Source: Antedon mediterranea (lineage: Eukaryota > Animalia > Echinodermata). Taken from it: a stretch of DNA of 64,000 nt. The position numbers and the translations under genes were made by a program. The notes beneath the pieces were generated by a model that was given only the letters and a program-made list of their open reading frames with translations, did no database searches and was not told where the DNA came from. The stretch is from contig NC_092677.1 in NCBI RefSeq assembly GCF_964355755.1, forward strand, positions 4,486,101-4,550,100, written 5' to 3'. Each line of letters begins with the position of its first letter. The stretch's first letter is position 1. Below are positions 52,601-64,000 of the stretch, one piece after another.

Positions 52601-55600
52601 CATCTTTTGCGTCATAATTCATTACACTTAAAAGAGCGCGCATCAATATTTCACGTATTCAAATTTCTTCTACACGCTAATACGTTGTTGCTGAGATAAT
52701 TTCTTTTCGGAATTGCTACCTTTGCGTTTCATTTTAAAACCGTCAACATGTTAAAAACTGCAATAAATAGCGGGTCCCGTAATTTCACCTATTCTACACT
52801 GTATGTGATATGGATACAGATTATACTGTGTATACTATATATGAATTTAAATAATAAAATTCAGCAATAACAACATATCATATTCTTCAGTTCAGGTCAT
52901 AATGCCAACGTGAACACTTCCTTTTGTCCTCAACCTATCCTCTTAATGTTAATGTTGCACCACTTGCGCGGCGGATAACCAAACTCGTCAAAGTGACGAG
53001 TTACATGTCTAGTTGTTATTATTCTTTCTGTACACTTTTTGTTCGTCAAATATCTCAAAAAGTTGAATAGCAATAATCACAACAATTTCACAATGTCTTT
53101 CAAATACTTTAACTTAGCCATAATAAGCTTTTCAGCGTGATCACTCACCCGTGACGTCACGTATACGCCATTTTGTGAAATCACATTATCAATCATATAT
53201 CCATAATTCATTATCACATATTTATGAAATTCACTACACGTAAACTTCAAGTCAAGGGTAAAAATATTAGCAAGTAAAAACGCGCGCGCATGTAGGTTCA
53301 TGCGCGTGGAATCGCGCAGTAAAAATTTAAAAAGCTCAAAATTACGTTTTAATCAATTTAGAGCATGAATTAGGCCAATTGCGTGTTTCAAAAAATTAGT
53401 GCGCAAAAAAAATATTTTGCGCGCGCGATACTTACAAAGCGTAAAAATTGCAATTTTTTTATACAAATCGCGTTCTACTCACCATCCTTAGTACATTCAC
53501 CAAATTTGAGTCAGTTCCGACTTAAAATAACGCTATACGAGCAGGTTAAAAATAACAAAATGCGCAAATTAATTGCATCAAAGTGCTGAAAATGGTGAAA
53601 AATAAGGCCTTTTTAAAATGAATATAACTCTTCAGAATGGCAGGTGACCCCCAAGTTTTTTTACTTATTCGGGAAGACATTGGGTTGTAGATACATATTC
53701 ATGTACACATTAGACGTACAAAATGGTATGATGTTATCAAATGGCCACTTGAATTTAAAAATTAGTAATTTTTATCTTTTTGTGTGGGTTATCACATTCA
53801 ATAGAGCGCATCTCCGTTATTTGAGCCCGATTTTCGCCGAAATTTTAGTATGTGCTTGCTCAATTAATTATCTTTCTCAAGAGTTGTCAACATTTTTATT
53901 TTGATGACGTCATCATGGGTAAAAACTTTAATAACCAAGGTCGTGTAATTTCAGCTACACCGTACATTTGAATATGTTATAGCTCTTCAGAATTAAAGGT
54001 GACCTTGAAGATTATAATTTATTATGAAAGCTGAATAAATGTAGATATGAATTCATATAAAAATTAAGCCCATCGGATGTTGTGATGTTATCATATGGCC
54101 AGTTGAAGTTAAAACGTTGTTTTTAAATTTCTTTAGTCGAAGTTATACAAATTTCAAAGAGCGCGCATTGCGCTTCTACGTGTCAAATTATCTTCCAATC
54201 CTTATATTTATTTGCTCAATTCATTATCTTTCGAAATTGTCATCTTCGAGTTTATTTTGATAATTCCATCATACCAAAAAATTTGAACATGATGTGGGTC
54301 CCGTAATTTCACCTATGCTACACTGTATATAGATATACAGTATATACTGTACATATTGTATATGACACATAATAGGCACAACTCAGCACTATAGCGTATA
54401 TCAGGATGGTATACATCAACATTTTCCTATTGTATGTTAACGTATGTGCATTATTCTTCTTTCTGTACACTTTTTGTTCGTCAAATATCTCAAAAAGTTG
54501 AATAGCAATGATCACAAAAATTTCACAATGTCTTTCAAATATTTTAACTTAGCCATAATAAGCTTTTCAGCGTGATCACTCATCCGTGGCGTCACGTATA
54601 CGCCATTTTGTGAAATCACATTATCAATCATATATCCATAATTTATTATCACATATTTATGAAATTCACTACACGTAAACTTCAGGTCAAGGGTAAAAAT
54701 ATTAGCAAGTAAAAATGCGCGCGCACGTAGGGTCATGCGTGTGGAATCACGCAGTAAAAATTTAAAAAGCTCAAAATTACGTTTTAATCAATTTAGAGCA
54801 TGAATTAGGCCATTTGCGTGTTTCAAAAAATTACTGCGTAAAAAAAATATTTTGCGCGCGCGATACTTACAAAGCGTAAAAATTGCAGTTTTTTTATACA
54901 AATCGCGTTCTACTCACCATCCTTAGTACATTCACCTAATTTGAGTAAGTTCCGACTGAAAATAACGCTATACGAGCAGGTTAAAAATAACAAAATGCGC
55001 AAATTAATTGCATCAAAGTGCTGAAAATGGTGAAAAATAAGGCCTTTTTAAAATGAATATAACTCTTCAGAATGGCAGGTGACCCCCAATTTTTTTAACT
55101 TATTCGGGAAGCCATTGGGTTGTAGATACATATTCATGTACACATTAGACGTACAAAATGGTATGACGTCATCAAATGGCCACTTCAATTTAAAAATTAG
55201 TAATTTTTATCTTTTTGTGTGGGTTATCACATTCAATAGAGCGCATCTCCGTTATTTGAGCCCGATTTTTGCCGAAATTTTAGTATGTGCTTGCTCAATT
55301 AATTATCTTTCTCAAGAGTTGTCAACATTTTTATTTTGATGACGTCATCATGTGTAAAAACTTTAATAACCAAGGTCGTGTAATTTCAGCTACACCATAC
55401 ATTTGAATATGTTATAGCTCTTCAGAATTAAAGGTGACCTTGAAGATTATAATTTATTATGAAAGCTGATTAAATGTAGATATGAATTAATATAAAAATT
55501 AAGCCTATCGGATGTTGTGATGTTATCATATGGCCAGTTGAAGTTAAAACGTTGTTTTTAAATTTCTTTAGTCAAAGTTATACAAATTTCAAAGAGCGCG

Positions 55601-58600
55601 CATTGCGCTTCTACGTGTCAAATTATCTTCCAATCCTTATATTTATTTGCTCAATTCATTATCTTTCGAAATTGTCATCTTCGAGTTTATTTTGATAATT
55701 CCATCATACCAAAAAATTTGAAAATGATGTGGGTCCCGTAATTTCACCTATGCTACACTGTATATAGATATATAGTATATACTGTACATATTGTATATGA
55801 CACATAGGCACAACTCCGCACTATAAGCGTATAACAGGATGGTATACATCAACATTTTCCTATTGTATGTTAACGTACGTGCATGTTTAAAAAATATTAA
55901 TGTAAGTAAAGCGATAAAAATGATCACCTATAATTCGTCAAAGTGACGAATTAAATTCTAGTTGGTTATCCGCAACGAAGTTGCAGGATAACCTCTTGTG
56001 ATTGTACGAAATCATCATCATCATCATCATCATCAACTTTTTGGTTATCCGCAACGAAGTTGCAGGATAACCTCTTGTGATTGTACGAAATCATCATCAT
56101 TGGTTATCCGCAACGAAGTTGCAGGATAACCTCTTGTGATTGTACGAAATCATCATCATCTTTTTCTTAATCTTCTTTCTTTCTGTATGATTTTTGTGTA
56201 ACGCTTTTCTCTAAAACTTGCAAACATAACATTTTGTTAACTATGTTAACATTTTGACATTTATGTAACGTCGTCAAGCGAAGCTTTTCATGATGTTTAC
56301 AATTGCGCAACGTGACGTACGCGCAATTTAACGATTTCCTCGTATTTAACATATGTCGAAAACCAAATAACATTTTAAAGTGAAACTTTGCAAAAGTTTA
56401 ATTTATATCATGCGCTAACTTTCTGTTGAAAAAAAATTGCGTGTTTTACACAAAGTTACGCGCGCACGCGCATTTAAAATTTCAAAATGCGCAAAATTAA
56501 TTTATAATCAACTTTCTACGCGTTTCATGTCGTTTTAAGCATGTCAAAAATTCCCACGCGTGCGCACATTTTTACGTGTGCGGTGCGCACGTAGCATTGA
56601 AAACGTATTTTTATCGCGTGATTTATGTTTTTCCAGCATTTTCTAGTAATTTTACCAAATTTTGAACAATTTCGACTTAAAGATACGTCATACGAGAACG
56701 TCGAATTGGACAATTTGCGCGCGTTTTTTATGAAAAGGTTAAAAAATTCGTTTAAAATATGCCTTTTTTTAAACAGTCGTAATTTCTAAACTAGACGGTC
56801 AACTTTTTGTGGATGACATATTCTGGAAGTAGATGAGTTGTAGATATCGGATCAGGTATTAATATGGCTAACCGGACATTGTGACGTCATCGTATGGCCA
56901 CGCGAATATAAAATTTAGGATTTTTGTATCTTTCGTCATAGCTCATCACATTGAATAGAGCGCATCTCCACTTATTCGTTTTCCATTTTCACCCCGATTT
57001 TGATATTGTCTAGGTCAATCAACTATCTTTCGCATGAGTTAAAAATATTTTAATTTTTTTTACGTCATCATGCCTAAAAATTTAAATCACGTGTGGCATC
57101 AATTTCATCTTTACAGTAAATTTTAATCTGTTATAGCTCGTAAGAATAAAATGTGATAATCACGATTAAAACTTTTTCTGGAAGGTATTGGATTGTAGAT
57201 ACGAAATTATGTAAAAATTTTGCCAATCGGATGTTGTGACGTCATCATATGGTCAGTTAAATAAAAAAGGTCGTATTTTCATCTTTTGCGTCATAATTCA
57301 TTACGTTTAAAAGAGCGCGCATCAATATTTCCCGCATTCAAATTTCTTCTACACACTAATACGTTGTTGCTGAGATAATTTCCTTTCGGAATTGCTACCT
57401 TCGCGTTTCATTTTAAAACCGTCAATATGTTAAAAATTGCAATAAATAGCGGGTCCCGTAATTTCACCTATTCTACACTGTATGTCACTGTATGTGATAT
57501 GGATACAGATTATACTGTGTATACTATATATGAATTTAAATAATAAAATTCAGCAATAACAACATATCATATTCTTCAGTTCAGGTCATAATGCCAACGT
57601 GAACACTTCCTTTTGTCCTCAACCTATCCCCTTAATGTTAATGTTGCACCACTTGCGCGGCGGATAACCAAACTCGTCAAAGTGACGAGTTACATGTCTA
57701 GTCTTTTTCTTAATCTTCTTTCTTTCTGTATGATTTTTGTGTAACGCTTTTCTCTAAAACTTGCAAACATAACATTTTGTTAACTATGTTAACATTTTGA
57801 CATTTATGTAACGTCGTCAAGCGAAGCTTTTCATGATGTTTACAATTGCGCAACGTGACGTACGCGTGATTTAACGATTTTCTCATATTTAACATATGTC
57901 GAAAACCAAATAACATTTTAAAGTGAAACTTTGCAAAAGTTTAATCTATATCATGCGCTAACTTTCTGTTGAAAAAAAATTGCGTGTTTTACACAAAGTT
58001 ACGCGCGCATGCGCATTTAAAATTTCAAAATGCGCAAAATTAATTTCTAATCAACTTTCTACGCGTTTCATGTCGTTTTAAGCATGTCAAAAATTCCCAC
58101 GCGTGCGCACATTTTTACGTGTGCGGTGCGCACGTAGCATTGAAAACGTATTTTTTTCACGTGATTTATGTTTTTCCAGCCTTTTCTAGTAATTTTACCA
58201 AATTTTAAACAATTTCGACTAAAAGATACGTCATACGAGCACGTCGAATTGGACAATTTGCGCGCGTTTTTTACGAAAAGGTTAAAAAATTTGTTTAAAA
58301 TATGCCTTTTTTTAAACAGTCGTAATTTCTAAACTAGACGGTCAACTTTTTGTGGATGACATATTCTGGAAGTAGATGAGTTGTAGGTATCGGATCAGGT
58401 ATTAATATGGCTAACCGGACATTGTGACGTCATCGTATGGCCACGCGAATATAAAATTTAGGATTTTTGTATCTTTCGTCATAGCTCATCACATTGAATA
58501 GAGCGCATCTTCACTTATTCGTTTTCCATTTTCACCCCCATTTTGATATTGTCTAGGTCAATCAATTATCTTTCGCATGAGTTAAAAATATTTTAATTTT

Positions 58601-61600
58601 TTTGACGTCATCATGCCTAAAAATTTAAATCACGTGTGGCATCAATTTCATCTTTACAGTAAATTTTAATCTGTTATAGCTCGTAAGAATAAAATGTGAT
58701 AATCACGATTAAAACTTTTTCTGGAAGCTATTGGATTGTAGATACGAAATTATGTAAAAATGTTGCCCATCGGATGTTGTGACGTCATCATATGGCCAGT
58801 TAAATAAAAAAGGTCGTATTTTCATCTTTTGCGTCATAATTCATTACATTTAAAAGAGCGCGCATCAATATTTCACGTATTCAAATTTCTTCTACACGCT
58901 AATACGTTGTTGCTGAGATATTTTCCTTTCGGAATTTCTACCTTCGCGTTTCATTTTAAAACCGTCAACATGTTAAAAATTGCAATAAATAGCGGGTCCC
59001 GTAATTTCACCTATTCTACACTGTATGTCACTGTATGTGATATGGATACAGATTATACTGTGTATACTATATATGAATTTAAATAATAAAATTCAGCAAT
59101 AACAACATATCATATTCTTCAGTTCAGGTCATAATGCCAACGTGAACACTTCCTTTTGTCCTCAACCTATCTCCTTAATGTTAATGTTGCACCACTTGCG
59201 CGGCGGATAACCAAACTCGTCAAAGTGACGAGTTACATGTCTAGTCATTGGTTATCCGCAACGAAGTTGCAGGATAACCTCTTGTGATTGTACGAAATCA
59301 TCATCATCATCATCATCATCAACTTTTTATTCTTCTTCTTTCTTTCTGTATGATTTTTGTGTAACGCTTTTCTCTGAAACTTGCAAACATAACATTTTGT
59401 TAACTATGTTAACATTTTGACATTTATGTAACGTCGTCAAGCGAAGCTTTTCATGATGTTTACAATTGCGCAACGTGACGTACGCGCGATTTAACGATTT
59501 TCTCGTATTTAACATATGTCGAAAACCAAATAACATTTCAACTTGAAACTTTGCAAAAGTTTAATTTATATCATGCGCTAACTTTATGTTGAAAAAAAAT
59601 TGCGTGTTTTACACAAAGTTACGCGCGCACGCGCATTTAAAATTTCAAAATGCGCGAAATTAATTTATAATCAACTTTCTACGCGTTTCATGTCGTTTTA
59701 AGCATGTCAAAAATTCCCACGCGTGCGCACATTTTTACGTGTGCGGTGCGCACGTAGCATTGAAAACGTATTTTTTTCGCGTGATTTATGTTTTTCCAGC
59801 CTTTTCATGTAATTTTACCAAATTTTTAACAATTTCGACTTGAAGATACGTCATACGAGCACGTCGAATTGGACAACTTGCGCGCGTTTTTTATGAAAAG
59901 GTTAAAAAATTCGTTTAAAATATGCCTTTTTTTAAACAGTCGTAATTTCTAAACTAGACGGTCAACTTTTTGTGGATGGCATATTCTGGAAGTAGATGAG
60001 TTGTAGATATCGGATCAGGTATTAATATGGCTAACCGGACATTGTGACGTCATCGTATGGCCACGCGAATATAAAATTTAGGATTTTTGTATCTTTCGTC
60101 ATAGGTCATCACATTGAATAGAGCGCATCTCCACTTATCCGTTTTCCATTTTCACCCCGATTTTGATATTGTCTAGGTCAATCAAGTATCTTTCGCATGA
60201 GTTAAAAATATTTTAATTTTTTTTACGTCATCATGCCTAAAAATTTAAATCACGTGTGGCATTAATTTCATCTTTACAGTAAATTTTAATCTGTTATAGC
60301 TCGTAAGAATAAAATGTGATAATCACGATTAAAACTTTTTCTGGAAGCTATTGGATTGTAGATACGAAATTATGTAAAAATGTTGCCAATCGGATGTTGT
60401 GACGTCATCATATGGCCAGTTAAATAAAAAAGGTCGTATTTTCATCTTTTGCGTCATAATTCATTACATTTAAAAGAGCGCGCATCAATATTTCACGTAT
60501 TCAAATTTCTTCTACACGCTAATACGTTGTTGCTGAGATAATTTCCTTTCGGAATTGCTACCTTCGCGTTTCATTTTAAAACCGTCAACATGTTAAAAAT
60601 TGCAATAAATAGCGGGTCCCGTAATTTCACCTATTCTACACTGTATGTGATATGGATACAGATACTGTGTATACTATATATGAATTTAAATAATAAAATT
60701 CAGCAATAACAACATATCATATTCTTCAGTTCAGGTCATAATGCCAACGTGAACACTTCCTTTTGTCCTCAACCTATCCTCTTAATGTTAATGTTGCACC
60801 ACTTGCGCGGCGGATAACCAAACTCGTCAAAGTGACGAGTTACATGTCTAGTTCTTCTTTCTTTCTGTATGATTTTTGTGTAACGCTTTTCTCCAAAACT
60901 CGCAAACATAACATTTTGGTAACTATCTTAACATATTGACATTTACGTAACGTCGTCAAGCGAAGCTTTTCATGACGTTTACAATTGCGCAACGTGACTT
61001 ACGCGCGATTTAACGATTTTGTCGTATTTAACATAGCTCAACAACCAAATAACATTTCAACTTGAAACTTTGCAAAAGTTTAATTTATATCATGCGCTAA
61101 CTTTCTGTTGAAAAAAAATTGCGTGTTATACACAAAGTTACGGGTGCACGCGCATTTAAAATTTCAAAATGCGCAAAATTAATTTATAATCAACTTTCTA
61201 CGCGTTTCATGTCGTTTTAAGCATGTCAAAAATTCCCACGCGTGCGCACATTTTTACGTGTGCGGTGCGCACGTAGAATTGAAAACGTAATTTTTTCGCG
61301 TGATTTATGTTTTTTCAGCCTTTTCTAGTAATTTTACCAAATTTTAAACAATTTTGACTTAAAGATACGTCATACGAGCACGTCGAATTGGCCAATTTGC
61401 GCGCGTTTTTTATGAAAAGGTTAAAAAATTCGTTTAAAATATGACTTTTTTTAAACAGTCGTAATTTCTAAACTAGACGGTCAAATTTTTGTGGATGACA
61501 TTTTCTAGAATTAGATGAGTTGTAGATATCGGATCAGGTATTAATATGGCTAACCGGACATTGTGACGTCATCGTATGGCCACGCGAATATAAAATTTAG

Positions 61601-64000
61601 GATTTTTGTATCTTTCGTCATAGCTCATCACATTGAATAGAGCGCATCTCCACTTATCCGTTTTCCATTTTCACCCCGATTTTGATATTGTCTAGGTCAA
61701 TCAACTATCTTTCGCATGAGTTAAAAATATTTTAATTTTTTTGACGTCATCATGCCTAAAAATTTAAATCACGTGTGGCATCAATTTCATCTTTACAGTA
61801 AATTTTAATCTGTTATAGCTCGTAAGAATAAAATTTGATAATCACGATTAAAACTTTTTCTGGAAGCTATTGGATTGTAGATACGAAATTATGTAAAAAT
61901 GTTGCCAATCGGATGTTGTGACGTCATCATATGGCCAGTTAAATAAAAAAGGTCGTATTTTCATCTTTTGCGTCATAATTCATTACATTTAAAAGAGCGC
62001 GCATCAATTTTTCACGTATTCAAATTTCTTCTACACGCTAATACGTTGTTGCTGAGATAATTTCCTTTCGGAATTGCTACCTTCCCGTTTCATTTTAAAA
62101 CCGTCAACATGTTAAAAATTGCAATAAATAGCGGGTCCCGTAAGTTCACATATTCTACACTGTATGTGATATGGATACAGATTATACTGTGTATACTATA
62201 TATGAATTTAAATAATAAAATTCAGCAATAACAACAGATCATATTCTTCAGTTCAGGTCATAATGCCAACGTGAACACTTCCTTTTGTCCTCAACCTATC
62301 CCCTTAATGTTAATGTTGCACCACTTGCGCGGCGGATAACCAAACTCGTCAAAGTGACGAGTTACATGTCTAGTTGGTTATCCGCAACGAAGTTGCAGGA
62401 TAACCTCTTGTGATTGTACGAAATCATCATCTTTTTATTTTTTGGTTATCCGCAACGAAGTTGCAGGATAACCTCTTGTGATTGTACGAAATCATTCTGT
62501 ATGATTTTTGTGTAACGCTTTTCTCTAAAACTCGCAAACATAACATTTCGGTAACTATCTTAACATATTGACATTTACGTAACGTCGTCAAGCGAAGCTT
62601 CTAATGACGTTTACAATTGCGCAACGTGACTTACGCGTGATTTAACGATTTTGTCGTATTTAACATAGCTCGACAACCAAATAACATTTCAATTTAAAAC
62701 TTTGCAAAAGTTTAATTTATATCATGCGCTAACTTTCTGTTGAAAAAAAATTCCATGTTTTACACAAAGTTACGCGCACACGCGCATTTAAAATTTCAAA
62801 ATGCGCAAAATTAATTTCTAATCAACTTTCTACGCGTTTCATGTCGTTTTAAGCATGTCAAAAATTCCCACGCGTGCGCAAATTTTTACGTGTGCGGTGC
62901 GCACGTAGCATTGAAAACGTATTTTTTTCGCGTGATTTATGTTTTTCCAGCCTTTTCTAGTAATTTTACCAAATTTTAAACAATTTCGACTTAAAGATAC
63001 GTCATACGAGCACGTCGAATTGGACAATTTGCGCGCGTTTTTTATGAAAAGGTTAAAAAATTCGTTTAAAATATGCCTTTTTTTAAACAGTCGTAATTTC
63101 TAAACTAGACGGTCAAATTTTTGTGGATGACATATTCTAGAAGTAGATGAGTTGTAGATATCGGATCAGGTATTAATATGACTAACCGGACATTGTGACG
63201 TCATCGTATGGCCACGCGAATATAAAATTTAGGATTTTTGTATCTTTCGTCATAGCTCATCACATTGAATAGAGCGCATCTCCACTTATACGTTTTCCAT
63301 TTTCACCCCGATTTTGATATTGTCTAGGTCAATCAACTATCTTTCGCATGAGTTAAAAATATTTTAATTTTTTTGACGTCATCATGCCTAAACATTTAAA
63401 TCACGTGTGGCATCAATTTCATCTTTACAGTAAATTTTAATCTGTTATAGCTCGTAAAAATAAAATGTGATAATCACGATTAAAACTTTTTCTGGAAGCT
63501 ATTGGATTGTAGATACGAAATTATGTAAAAATGTTGCCAATCGGATGTTGTGACGTCATCATATGGCCAGTTAAATAAAAAAGGTCGTATTTTCATCTTT
63601 TGCGTCATAATTCATTACATTTAAAAGAGCGCGCATCAATATTTCACGTATTCAAATTTCTCCTACACGCTAATACGTTGTTGCTGAGATAATTTCCTTT
63701 CGGAATTGCTACCTTCGCGTTTCATTTTAAAACCGTCAACATGTTAAAAATTGCAATAAATAGCGGGTCCCGTAATTTCACCTATTCTACACTGTATGTG
63801 ATATGGATACAGATTATACTGTGTATACTATATATGAATTTAAATAATAAAATTCAGCAATAACAACATATCATATTCTTCAGTTCAGGTCATAATGCCA
63901 ACGTGAACACTTCCTTTTGTCCTCAACCTATCCCCTTAATGTTAATGTTGCACCACTTGCGCGGCGGATAACCAAACTCGTCAAAGTGACGAGTTACATG
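46665..64000 (+). mobile_element. Tandem/nested array of ~1.5 kb non-autonomous Helentron (HINE-like) elements, families A and B
   Basis: Bodies end at 48387, 49951, 51485 (diverged), 53012, 54450 (B, no 3' end), 55961 (B), 57701, 59244, 60851, 62373 and >64000. A heads TTGGTTATCCGCAACGAAGTTGCAGGATAACC at 46781, 48388, 55962, 56041, 56100, 59248, 62374, 62442; B heads TTAGGTGATCATTT...AAATGATCACCT at 46665, 46723. A 3' end GCGGATAACCAAACTCGTCAAAGTGACGAGTTACATGTCTAG. Confidence 0.9.

Noticed and set aside
47221-63027. Recurrent 62-70 aa minus-strand ORFs (MSNSTCSYDV..., MLFGFRHML...)
   Set aside because: They recur only because the repeat recurs, start at non-ATG codons, are broken in some copies and show no recognisable domain.

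Overview
This is AT-rich, intron-rich animal (invertebrate-type) genomic DNA, not prokaryotic. The left ~46 kb is a tandem cluster of + strand MATE/SLC47-family transporter paralogs: two complete 15-exon genes (21900-31403, 532 aa; 32764-40410, 520 aa), a 3' half copy (3342-5898), a disabled 3' half pseudogene (15741-18267) and exon 1 of a fifth copy (46552-46644). Transposons are interspersed: a BEL/Pao LTR element, a ~4 kb foldback palindrome, a long-TIR element, a Sola3-like TTAA element, Rex1/Babar-, CR1/L2- and RTE-type LINE pieces, SINEs and MITEs. From 46665 to the window end, intron 1 of the fifth gene holds 11 ~1.5 kb non-autonomous Helentron/Helitron2 (HINE/DINE-1-like) bodies from two related families, both head-to-tail and apparently nested just behind each other's 5' hairpin. 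Other notable signals: a minimal type I hammerhead ribozyme (one core mutation) sharing a repeat with a tRNA-Asp(ATC)-like cloverleaf, apparent relocation of conserved MATE glutamates, and gene fragments copied into an intron and a promoter. All calls were made by eye; human MATE1 comparisons are from memory and need an alignment.
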